Notes: generated by a model not told the origin, from the letters alone. A stretch of 32,000 bases of DNA from Pseudoalteromonas tetraodonis (GCF_002310835.1 NZ_CP011041.1:2070001-2102000); one strand, 5' to 3'; counted from the first letter of the stretch, positions 8,944 through 17,341 are shown. A program made the numbers and translations.

Positions 8944-9978
8944 TTATTCGTCGCTAAAAATACCTACATAAGTCGCTTGCGTATTCGATTTACTCGCACG
9001 GTACATGCCTGTGGTGTTAAACGGCAGGCTAATATTGCCTTTTGTATCAACAATAATAACACCGCCTGTGCCGCCAATCGGTTTAAGCACCCCATTTATT
9101 ACTTCATCCCCGGCTTGGGCAATGGTTTTACCTTGATATTTTACTCGTGCGCAAATATCGCTTGCCACATTATAACGAATAAAATATTCGCCATGGCCGG
9201 TTGCCGATACTGCACACGAGGCGTTTTCTGCAAAGGTACCCGCGCCAATAACTGGTGCATCACCAATACGGCCAAAACGTTTTGCGGTCATTCCGCCAGT
9301 TGACGTACCCGCGGCTAAATTACCTTGTTTATCCAGTGCCACCGCACCCACAGTCCCCATTTTATAATTAGCGGGTAACGCCTTGTGCGCTGCTTGATAA
9401 TCTTTATTGGTGCTTTTGCTCGCCTCTAGTTTTTCCTTTGCTTTTAATAAAGCTTCATAGCGATGCTTTGTATCAAATATATTATTCTCTACTAAGCTAA
9501 CGCCTTGCTCTTTAGCAAACTCTTCTGCACCTTGGCCACTTAACATCACATGCACCGATTTTTCCATCACTAAACGGGCAAGTTTAATTGGACTTTCTAT
9601 GTGCTTAATGCCCGAAACCGCTCCAGCTTGGCGGTTACGACCATCCATAATAGAGGCATCTAACTCATGGCTACCATCATAAGTGTATACCGCGCCGCGT
9701 CCGGCGTTAAAATAAGGCGATTGCTCTAACACTTCAATGGCTGCTGTGACTGCATCAAGGCTTTCTCCGCCTTGTTCAAGTTCCTTATACCCAGCCTCAA
9801 CAGCTTGAGCTAATTTATCGCGGTAAGCTTGCTCTTGAGCAGGTGTAAATTTACTTTTTTCGATTGTGCCTGCCCCGCCATGAATCGCAATGGCAAACGG
9901 CGTGCTCGCACTCAATGCAGATGAGCTCACACTCATTAAACTACCGCAAAGCAGTCCTAGTAATAGTGATTTTTTCAT
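8944..9978 (-). CDS. iaaA: Isoaspartyl peptidase / L-asparaginase (Ntn-hydrolase, plant-type asparaginase family), secreted
   Basis: Has a signal peptide (MKKSLLLGLLCGSLMSVSSSALSA), the autoprocessing/nucleophile site GTVGAVALD, and TSTGGMT and GAG motifs. Confidence 0.85.
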   Translation of the reverse strand: MKKSLLLGLLCGSLMSVSSSALSASTPFAIAIHGGAGTIEKSKFTPAQEQAYRDKLAQAVEAGYKELEQGGESLDAVTAAIEVLEQSPYFNAGRGAVYTYDGSHELDASIMDGRNRQAGAVSGIKHIESPIKLARLVMEKSVHVMLSGQGAEEFAKEQGVSLVENNIFDTKHRYEALLKAKEKLEASKSTNKDYQAAHKALPANYKMGTVGAVALDKQGNLAAGTSTGGMTAKRFGRIGDAPVIGAGTFAENASCAVSATGHGEYFIRYNVASDICARVKYQGKTIAQAGDEVINGVLKPIGGTGGVIIVDTKGNISLPFNTTGMYRASKSNTQATYVGIFSDE

Positions 9979-10060
9979 TGTGCGTTCTTTTGTTAGTTAA
10001 GATTAAAACTAATGTGAATGGTTACGTGGGGTTTTTCAAGTGAACTGAGTTTAATGGCAT

Positions 10061-10087
10061 AAAAAAAGCGCCCTGAGGCGCTTTTTA
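10061..10087. terminator. Rho-independent terminator downstream of the SapC gene (bidirectional shape)
   Basis: AAAAAAAGCGCC-CTGA-GGCGCTTTTT forms a GC stem with a 4-nt loop, and A/T runs lie on both sides. It sits 16 nt past the SapC stop. Confidence 0.7.
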
Positions 10088-10102
10088 AATTCTGTTTAAA
10101 AA

Positions 10103-10807
10103 TTACGCTTGTTGCGCTTTTAAACGTGCTAAACGTGCTACTTGGTGAGTAGACGTTAAGAAAGAATAGATAGGTGCTAAATAACCGCGTTTACGAAGCT
10201 CTAGAAAGTCTGCATCGCTTAGCTCATTTAGTTTTTTCTCATCGATAAGGTAAATACCGTTGATGTCTTTTTTCTCGCCTTTAATATCAACCGTTAGCGT
10301 TTGTGCTACTAGTAATTCTTTATCAGCAAGGAATTTAGTAAACGCATCAGTGACTTGTGAAAACTCAATGAACGATACTAACGCTTCTTTACGACGCTTA
10401 AGGTAATCAGTTTCTTCACCGTTTTCGAATAATGCATTACCCTCTTCTTCACCAACTAATGAGCTCGCTTCGTCAATTACAATACCAAATTGATCTTGCT
10501 CAGGGTGCTTTACTAAACCTAATGGGTAACGAGTCGTTGCCATAGGTGCAAATGCTGCTGTCCATTTGTCGCCATCAACAAATAAGTTTTCACCTGGCTC
10601 TAGGCCAAACATAGCAACCGCTTGAAAAGTACCTGTTTCGTTATTTTTAACAAAAGACATTGGAAACTCATTGGCGATACGCGCAAACTCGTGTGCTACA
10701 ACTGGCACTAAGTGTTGAGTTTTCATAAATTCGATATTGATGCCATTTTTAATTTTAGTGTTGGCATGTTTTTCGTTGTGTAAAGGCTGTACTTGTTGCT
10801 CCGCCAT
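10103..10807 (-). CDS. SapC-family protein (function unknown)
   Basis: The family-typical N-terminal half (HLVPVVAHEFARIANEFPMSFVK...AVAMFGLEPGENLFV...TTRYPLGL) matches SapC. No signal peptide is present. GGAG SD lies 8 nt upstream. Confidence 0.85.
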   Translation of the reverse strand: MAEQQVQPLHNEKHANTKIKNGINIEFMKTQHLVPVVAHEFARIANEFPMSFVKNNETGTFQAVAMFGLEPGENLFVDGDKWTAAFAPMATTRYPLGLVKHPEQDQFGIVIDEASSLVGEEEGNALFENGEETDYLKRRKEALVSFIEFSQVTDAFTKFLADKELLVAQTLTVDIKGEKKDINGIYLIDEKKLNELSDADFLELRKRGYLAPIYSFLTSTHQVARLARLKAQQA

Positions 10808-11013
10808 GTTACTGCTCCGTTATTTTATAAATTTGATTTTTTACTGTTAGTGCCCTAAGGCTAAAGGTTTTGGCAACAAAAAGGAAGTGAAAATTTTGTG
10901 GCAGTTTGTAGGATATTAATTAACAAAAAATTATCGTTGATTATTTCAACAAATAACCAATAAACGCCACTGAAGAAGAAATTCGTAAACACAATGAGCT
11001 CAAAAAGCGCCCT

Positions 11014-11041
11014 TTGACAACGCTGTCTTCGGTGGTATATT
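11014..11041 (+). promoter_or_regulatory. Near-consensus sigma70 promoter for the 2OG-oxygenase-like gene
   Basis: TTGACA (11014-11019), a 16-nt spacer, then TATATT (11036-11041). It lies about 60 nt upstream of ATG 11104. Confidence 0.5.
11015..11028. promoter_or_regulatory. LacI-type operator half-degenerate copy (TGACAACGCTGTCT) overlapping the -35/spacer
   Basis: 12/14 identical to the core of the perfect palindrome at 16103-16118. It keeps the TGnnAnCGnTnnC framework with a central CG. Confidence 0.4.
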
Positions 11042-11103
11042 AATTTTGTGCCTAAATAAAAAGTTCTCACTTAAATAAGCCCATCAAAAATAGACATTAA
11101 ATA

Positions 11104-11814
11104 ATGAAAAATTTAACTGTAAACCCAAACTTAGTAATTAAAAAGTTGATGATCCCAGGCACTAAACTATCAGCCTTCGTTGTAGATGATTTTCTTTTAG
11201 ATACCAATAGTGTAATGAATTTTGCCCATAACATAGCCTATTTTAATCCTATGTTTTCAGACAATTCTTTCTATCCTGGCATTCGCGACAATATGCCACA
11301 ACCGTACTTGAGGTTGCTGCACGCATTTTTTCAAAATGAAATACTGCCTAAAATAGACAATAAAAATTATCAAGAGTCTATTCTTCATAAAAGTTTACTT
11401 TCATTAGTTTCATGTAAACCGGCTAATTTAATTGTCGATCAAAAAGTGCCCCATATCGATTCATGTGATGAAAGAGACTATGCGTTTGTGCATTATTTAT
11501 CTGGTGAGGAACTCGGTGGCACCAGTATTTATAAATACATACCGCAAAACATTATTGAATTTAAAGAGCAACACAAACCACTATTGGCAGATATAGTTAA
11601 CGATGTTAAAAATAACCCTGATGAACATCAAGGCTATTTAGCGGGTACCACTAGCTTGTTTGAGCAGGTATTTAAAATAGATGCTAAATTTAATCGCCTT
11701 GTTATTTACCAAGGTAACTTATTACACAGTGCAAATATTTACTCTGAGCAAAGCTGCTTAGCCGATGCTAAAAAAGGCCGTCTGTCGATAGCCTCTTTTG
11801 CAAGTGTAAGATAG
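11104..11814 (+). CDS. Hypothetical protein with 2OG/Fe(II)-oxygenase-like HxD...H...RxS signature (possibly the DUF6445 family)
   Basis: H117-I-D119 (VPHIDSCD), distal H208 (GNLLHSA), and R226-L-S228 (KKGRLSIASF). Order and spacing are typical of double-stranded beta-helix 2OG oxygenases. There is no signal peptide. By eye the coding sequence is AT-richer than its neighbours. Confidence 0.7.
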   Translation: MKNLTVNPNLVIKKLMIPGTKLSAFVVDDFLLDTNSVMNFAHNIAYFNPMFSDNSFYPGIRDNMPQPYLRLLHAFFQNEILPKIDNKNYQESILHKSLLSLVSCKPANLIVDQKVPHIDSCDERDYAFVHYLSGEELGGTSIYKYIPQNIIEFKEQHKPLLADIVNDVKNNPDEHQGYLAGTTSLFEQVFKIDAKFNRLVIYQGNLLHSANIYSEQSCLADAKKGRLSIASFASVR

Positions 11815-11817
11815 GGC

Positions 11818-13353
11818 TTAGATTGACTGAAGCCCATACTGTTTAATTTTATTTAAAAGCGCTCTGTGATCAGGAAGCTTATTTATTAAATAGTGATCAA
11901 TCTCAGCTCTTTGTTTTAAACGCGCTAAACAGTGTGCCTGTTCTTTATCGGGGCTGTTAGACGCCTTAGTATTGTAATTCATTCCATAAAGTACAAATAA
12001 GAAGTTCTCTAGATAAAACACTTCAAACTGACTAAAAAAATCATCTCTGACTGGGGTAAACTCTTTCCACAAATTAAGTTTTTCTTTTAATGACGTGGAA
12101 ATAGTGTCTTGGTTTTTATTTGCTATCCAAAAAGCTGAATCAGTGCGGTCTGATATACAGTAGTGAAGTTTAATAAAATCAATCACCCGCTCCCATGCAT
12201 ACCCCATAGCATGATTAAAACGCTCTTCTAATTGCTCTAGCTGCGTTGTTGATGATGGGAAGCGCAACGTTAAAAATTTAGCTGAAAAGTCAGTTAATAA
12301 TATTGACGTTGCCTCTAATGGTTCTAAAAAGCCTTGCGCTAAGCCAAGGGCAACACAATTTTTATGCCAAAACTTTTTCCGGTAACCGACCCGCATTGGT
12401 ATTTTTCTGTAGGTAAGATCTTGCTTACTGTCACCTAAATAACGGTCAAGTTTTTCATGTGCCTGTTCATCCGTCATATGGTTATCTGAATAAACAAAAC
12501 CGACTCCACGCCTATTGGTGAGCGCAATATCCCAAATCCAGCCAGCTTGATGAGCGGTGGCAAGTGTATAAGGAGGAATAGCATCATCGGCTTTGGTTGG
12601 TACTTGCACCACTAATGCGCTGTTAATTAATAAACTCTCAGATACATCAACAAAGGGAATCTTTAACGCTTTACTCATAAGTAAAGATTCAAAGCCTGAG
12701 CAGTCAATATAAAAGTCAAACTCAAGCTCTTCATTGTTATCTGTAATAAGTGCAGCAATAGCGCCGTCATCGCCAAGCTTTACCTGTGTAACATGGGTGT
12801 GTATATGCTCTACAGAAAATTTTTCTTTTGCATTACAAGCAAGTAGTTGCGCAAACTTGCCTGCATTAAAATGATACGCGTAAGCCAACTCCCCTTCATA
12901 TTGAGCATTAGTGATATTTTTAGGTGCTAAGCCTGCCTCACAAATAACATGCTGAGAAGATAAGCCCTGCGCATAACTTTGACTTTTCTCTTTGTTATTT
13001 AACCAATAAGAAGTTAAATGCTTGGCATCATAAGAGCTTGGCACATCAAATAAATGATGAAAAAAGTTGCCTTCGCCATGTTTTTTCTTATCCATCCAGT
13101 TAATAAACTTTATTGACTGCTTGAACGTTGCATCACATTGCCTAATAAATTCATCTTCACGAATACCAAAGCTTTTTAGGGTATTCCTAATATCGGGGAC
13201 TGTGCCTTCACCGACACCAATTGGCGGTATATCTGGGGACTCTATTAAAGTAACAGATATACCTTTACGATTGAGCATCTCTTTGCCAATGTGGTTTGCA
13301 GCTAACCAACCGGCTGTTCCACCACCTACAATTGCAACTTTTTTTATATCCAT
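11818..13353 (-). CDS. Flavin-dependent 'tryptophan halogenase' family protein
   Basis: Has the N-terminal FAD fold VAIVGGGTAGWLAA, then GVGEGT, a lysine context ATFKQSIKFINW, GWIWDIAL (WxWxI-A instead of WxWxIP), and GFLEPLEATSI. 511 aa. Confidence 0.85.
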   Translation of the reverse strand: MDIKKVAIVGGGTAGWLAANHIGKEMLNRKGISVTLIESPDIPPIGVGEGTVPDIRNTLKSFGIREDEFIRQCDATFKQSIKFINWMDKKKHGEGNFFHHLFDVPSSYDAKHLTSYWLNNKEKSQSYAQGLSSQHVICEAGLAPKNITNAQYEGELAYAYHFNAGKFAQLLACNAKEKFSVEHIHTHVTQVKLGDDGAIAALITDNNEELEFDFYIDCSGFESLLMSKALKIPFVDVSESLLINSALVVQVPTKADDAIPPYTLATAHQAGWIWDIALTNRRGVGFVYSDNHMTDEQAHEKLDRYLGDSKQDLTYRKIPMRVGYRKKFWHKNCVALGLAQGFLEPLEATSILLTDFSAKFLTLRFPSSTTQLEQLEERFNHAMGYAWERVIDFIKLHYCISDRTDSAFWIANKNQDTISTSLKEKLNLWKEFTPVRDDFFSQFEVFYLENFLFVLYGMNYNTKASNSPDKEQAHCLARLKQRAEIDHYLINKLPDHRALLNKIKQYGLQSI

Positions 13354-13379
13354 AAATCACCAATAAAGTTTAACCTCGT

Positions 13380-13402
13380 AAAAAAGCCCAGCAATGCTGG
13401 GC
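13380..13402 (-). terminator. Hairpin + T-run between the TBDR and halogenase-like genes (terminator/attenuator)
   Basis: On the minus strand GCCCAGC-ATT-GCTGGGC is followed by TTTTTT. It lies 28 nt after the TBDR stop and 26 nt before the halogenase-like start. Confidence 0.6.
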
Positions 13403-13429
13403 CTAGGTTATTTTTACTCATTTAGCGTA

Positions 13430-16048
13430 TTAAAAACGCATTGTTACACCAAGTTTGTAACGTGCTTCACCTTCAAAACTCCACACTGGGAAGTCATTCA
13501 GTAAATCAGGGTTTGGTAATGAGGTAGATGCATCATTGTTACCCAACTGAACGCTGTCTTCCTCTGTTAGGTTAATCCCTTCGAAAGTAACATCTAAGTA
13601 ATCAGTTACAGAGTATGTTGCACTGAAATCTAGCTGTCCGTAGTCTTGATGCGCGCGGTTACCGTACCAACCTGGTGCTTCACGAATAATAAACTCTGAA
13701 CGCCAGTTATATGCTAAACGGGCAGAGAAATCATCATTTTCATAAAAACCAACTACGTTATAGCTGTTTTTAGATGAATCAGAGAATACCCCAACACGGT
13801 CTGGGTAATTCTCTGCTGGTGCTTTCGCATCTGAATAGGTGTAGTTAAATGAATAACCAAAGCCGTTATCGAATGAATCTTGAATTTGGAACTCAATACC
13901 TTCGATTGAACCACCCGTACCATTTGTTGATGAGCTTACTGTCCAACAGTCATATTGCTGAGCACCACACGGTGGCTCGCCGGCATCTGGGTTAGTCGTA
14001 TAAACGGGGATGTCGATACCAATTTGTTGGTTTGTTTGTTGTTGGGTAGAAATAAATGAGCTTACTTCTTTAGTGAAGTAAGTGACGCTTAACATAGCAT
14101 CGTCATCAAAGTACCATTCAACACCAATGTCTGCCTGGAACGCTTTAAATGGGCTTAAACCTACATTACCCGTATTTAACACTTCATTTAAAGGACGGTT
14201 ATCTGTATAACCCGCTAGATTACGCGTTGCAAATAAATCTGCGTAATTAGGGCGAGAGATAACTTGTGCTGCTGAGGTACGTAAGATTAAGTCGTCAGCT
14301 AAGTCCATAACCACGTTTAAGCTTGGTAAGAACTCACTGTAATCGGCTTTGTCTGTAGATAACGTCGAGTCGTAAACACCTTCATCACTTAAATCATAGT
14401 AATCTGACGAAATATCAGTTGATATGTAACGAACACCTAAATTACCGCGAATACCACCGGTGTCAAAATCAGCCATCGCATATAAAGCAAAATTTTCTTC
14501 TTCTATGGTGCCGTATGCTTGTGGACGTGCTGTATAACCTTCTGTCATTGCTAATGAATCAGCAATCATTAGATCCATATCAGGTTCAGGTATTACAAAA
14601 CCACCACCGGCAGTCACGGTACCAGGGTAGTATTCATTAGCATTACGTACAGGTACTAAATCGGCATTCACATTGGCTGCATTACCATCTTGTACAACTT
14701 TGTGATCGGCATATCTTAAGCCCGTTTTAATTGCGGTAATAACACCAAGCTCAACAGGAATTTCAAAGTCTAAATTTAAGTAACTTTCTTCATCTGAATC
14801 AGGGTTATATTCAGGCGCCCAAGTTTGTGGGCTGATGGTATCAGGTAAAATGCTAGCATCGTATGACTGGTTAGCTAAATTAAATCTAGTCACGTCGCCA
14901 GTCATATCAATAGACCCATTTAAGTCGCTATTGTTATTTGCAAACATACCATAGTTTGCCGTTGTTACATCACTGTCTGCGCTTGTTTTACCTACACGAC
15001 CTTTAAAGGTGAATAACTCTGAGTCATATTTCCAATCTAAGTCAACAGTATCAGACTTCATGCTTGCTTTACGCGCCCATGTTTGGAAAAAAGCCGTGCC
15101 ATTGCCGTCGATATTACGCGAAACACAGTTACCTGAGGCGTTCGTTTGTTCACATGAACCATCACCTGGGAATATAATGATTTGCGAGTTAGCATTGTTA
15201 GCATCTAGCTCTAAACTTGTATAAGTTAGACCTAAAACTAGCGAGTCTGATGGCTGATATTGCATAGCTACATTATACGCAGTACGCTCACGAGCTTGCT
15301 GGAAGGTTGTAGGTGCCATACCGCCACTCCAACCACCTGACGATTCAATACCGTTACGTTGATAATCTACTTCTGATAATGAACCCGCAGCTAAGATACC
15401 AAATGTTTCACTATCATTTTTCCAGCTGTACAAGCCAGAAAGCTCAGGATCTGTCTCTTCAGATACTGTACCGTAATCAGCTTTAACACTAGCAAATACA
15501 GTGTTTGCATCTAAATCTAGCGGTTTACGAGTTTTAACAATTACAGTACCGCCGATACCACCTTCAACTAGGTTAGCTTGAGATGATTTATAAACTTCTA
15601 AGCCACCTACTAATTCAGAAGGTAGTAATGAATAATTAAAGCTACGATCGACCGCTTGTTGATCGAACCAGCTAGTTGAGGCAACAGTATGACCGTCAAG
15701 TAATGTGCGTGTTAATTGTGCTGATGCACCACGGATAGATACTTGCTGACCCTGTCCAAATTGACGAGATACACTGACACCAGAAATACGACCAAGAGAT
15801 TCACCTACATCGCCATCAGGAAACTTACCAACGTCTTCAGCTGTTACAACATCAACAACGGCATTTGAAAAACGCTTGCCGTTTAAGTTTTCTTTATTTG
15901 AAGCGCGAATACCCGTAACTTGGATTACTTCAACATCTTCTTGAACTTTAGTTTCATCGGCTGCGAATGCAGCACCAGTGAACCCGGCTCCCATTACTAA
16001 GCCGATATTTACTGCTAATAAGCTTTTTTTAAAATTTTTAGCTAACAC
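13430..16048 (-). CDS. TonB-dependent outer-membrane receptor
   Basis: Has a signal peptide ending AFA, a TonB-box/plug (VEVIQVTGIRAS...), a long beta-barrel with alternating aromatic pattern, and a C-terminal ...GVTMRF. GTG start is preceded by AAGGGGA. Confidence 0.95.
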   Translation of the reverse strand: MLAKNFKKSLLAVNIGLVMGAGFTGAAFAADETKVQEDVEVIQVTGIRASNKENLNGKRFSNAVVDVVTAEDVGKFPDGDVGESLGRISGVSVSRQFGQGQQVSIRGASAQLTRTLLDGHTVASTSWFDQQAVDRSFNYSLLPSELVGGLEVYKSSQANLVEGGIGGTVIVKTRKPLDLDANTVFASVKADYGTVSEETDPELSGLYSWKNDSETFGILAAGSLSEVDYQRNGIESSGGWSGGMAPTTFQQARERTAYNVAMQYQPSDSLVLGLTYTSLELDANNANSQIIIFPGDGSCEQTNASGNCVSRNIDGNGTAFFQTWARKASMKSDTVDLDWKYDSELFTFKGRVGKTSADSDVTTANYGMFANNNSDLNGSIDMTGDVTRFNLANQSYDASILPDTISPQTWAPEYNPDSDEESYLNLDFEIPVELGVITAIKTGLRYADHKVVQDGNAANVNADLVPVRNANEYYPGTVTAGGGFVIPEPDMDLMIADSLAMTEGYTARPQAYGTIEEENFALYAMADFDTGGIRGNLGVRYISTDISSDYYDLSDEGVYDSTLSTDKADYSEFLPSLNVVMDLADDLILRTSAAQVISRPNYADLFATRNLAGYTDNRPLNEVLNTGNVGLSPFKAFQADIGVEWYFDDDAMLSVTYFTKEVSSFISTQQQTNQQIGIDIPVYTTNPDAGEPPCGAQQYDCWTVSSSTNGTGGSIEGIEFQIQDSFDNGFGYSFNYTYSDAKAPAENYPDRVGVFSDSSKNSYNVVGFYENDDFSARLAYNWRSEFIIREAPGWYGNRAHQDYGQLDFSATYSVTDYLDVTFEGINLTEEDSVQLGNNDASTSLPNPDLLNDFPVWSFEGEARYKLGVTMRF

Positions 16049-16102
16049 AGGATTCCCCTTGAATCATTTTGTTGGTTTTTGTTTATCATTTTGCCTACCG
16101 CC

Positions 16103-16118
16103 ATGACAGCGCTGTCAT
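16103..16118. promoter_or_regulatory. Perfect 16-bp palindrome ATGACAGCGCTGTCAT: LacI/GalR-type operator (NagR-box-like)
   Basis: It is a perfect inverted repeat with a central CG and fits TGnnAnCGnTnnCA. It sits 55-70 nt upstream of the TBDR GTG start. Confidence 0.55.
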
Positions 16119-16541
16119 AGTAGTAACAAACCATACATGCAAAATTACAATTTTGCTACATTTTTCCGCTCTTTTTGTATGAAAAATAGCTAGTTCAATA
16201 TTAAAATACTGATTTTAAAGGAATTAATTGTTGCGTGAAAAAGCCGAATTAAATTTGTTTAATTCGTTCATATTTCCAGCATGTACTTGAAGCATTTTTA
16301 AATTGATTTTGTTTAAAACAACGTGGTGAGTAGGAATTTTCAAACCGTAAAACATGCTTGTGAGTTAGTGTTTAATAAATTTAACCATTTGATTTTTTAG
16401 CTATAAGTAAAATTTATTCAGGATTTACAATCGGTGTAAAAGCCTATTTTATACTGCTCATTGTGGAGGCAATACTCAGCATTTCATCTTTATCTCTGCG
16501 CGGCTTTGTTTAATTCAGCAAAGAGTAAAACAGATCAGCAA

Positions 16542-16575
16542 TAAAAAAGGTCAGTAGCAAAAGCGACTGACCTTT
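16542..16575 (-). terminator. Rho-independent terminator of zwf-pgl
   Basis: On the minus strand AAAGGTCAGT...ACTGACCTTT forms the stem and is followed by TTTTTT. It lies about 50 nt after the pgl stop. Confidence 0.65.
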
Positions 16576-16627
16576 CATTAAACCATCAATACAAAGAGGT
16601 TTAGCGCACATCTAATTTATATTAAAA

Positions 16628-17338
16628 TTAGGGCGCCCAATACACTTCAATGTTGATCTCAGGGTGATTTAATACCGCACGTAACGGCATGTCATTCACA
16701 TCGCCCCCCGCTAAAGCTTGTTTATAAACAGCCAGCTTTTCATCGCCACTAATTAACAATTTAACCACTTTAGATTGTGCAATCGCATTTAACGTTAAGC
16801 TCATGCGCTCAGTAATACTGCCTGTTACGTCACTTTGTATCGCGTTGATAGCGCACACAAGTTGGCTTGAATCTAGGCCGTTTTTCAGGCCTTGTGCATG
16901 TGGGAATAATGACGCGGTGTGGCCATCTGGGCCCATGCCTAAAATAGTCACATCAAAAGGACGTTTTAATGCTTGAAACTGCGCTTCACAGGCATCAACC
17001 CCTTGCTCTGCAGTGGCTGCCGTATTTTTCATGCTAATAAAATTAGCCGCTGCACCATGGTTTTGTAACAAAGTACGCTTGATGAATGCTTCATTACTCT
17101 TTTCATGACTTGCCTCAACCCAGCGCTCATCAACCATAGCAACATCAATGTTTGCCCAATTTAAATCAAGGGTCGATAAATGTTTATAAGCCGGTTCTGG
17201 CGATGAACCGCCTGAAACCATTAATACTGCACGGCCATCACGCTCAATACCATCACGTAAAGCATGCTCTAACGACTGAGATAATTCATCAGTCAGCGCA
17301 GCTTTATCGTCAAAAAACTTTTCTACTATTGTTGCCAT
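16628..17338 (-). CDS. pgl: 6-phosphogluconolactonase
   Basis: Matches the Pgl/NagB-fold family (VSGGSSP...DERWV...[14 protein letters not shown]). ATG 17338 is 4 nt after the zwf stop; the tracked ORF starts at GTG 17341. Confidence 0.9.
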   Translation of the reverse strand: MATIVEKFFDDKAALTDELSQSLEHALRDGIERDGRAVLMVSGGSSPEPAYKHLSTLDLNWANIDVAMVDERWVEASHEKSNEAFIKRTLLQNHGAAANFISMKNTAATAEQGVDACEAQFQALKRPFDVTILGMGPDGHTASLFPHAQGLKNGLDSSQLVCAINAIQSDVTGSITERMSLTLNAIAQSKVVKLLISGDEKLAVYKQALAGGDVNDMPLRAVLNHPEINIEVYWAP

Positions 17339-17341
17339 CAC

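Noticed and set aside
8866-9303. 145-aa plus-strand ORF overlapping the 3' part of the asparaginase-like gene
   Set aside because: It is antisense to a well-supported Ntn-hydrolase gene, and its Cys/Asn/Thr-rich sequence has no domain features.
10861-11070. 69-aa minus-strand ORF in the SapC / oxygenase-like divergent spacer
   Set aside because: It overlaps the predicted promoter and operator. It has no SD and an odd composition (FFFSGVYWLF...CCQNL). The region is better explained as regulatory DNA.
16049-16300. Cobalamin or other riboswitch in the TBDR leader
   Set aside because: No B12-box-like GC-rich core or other recognisable riboswitch consensus is present. The region is uniformly AT-rich.
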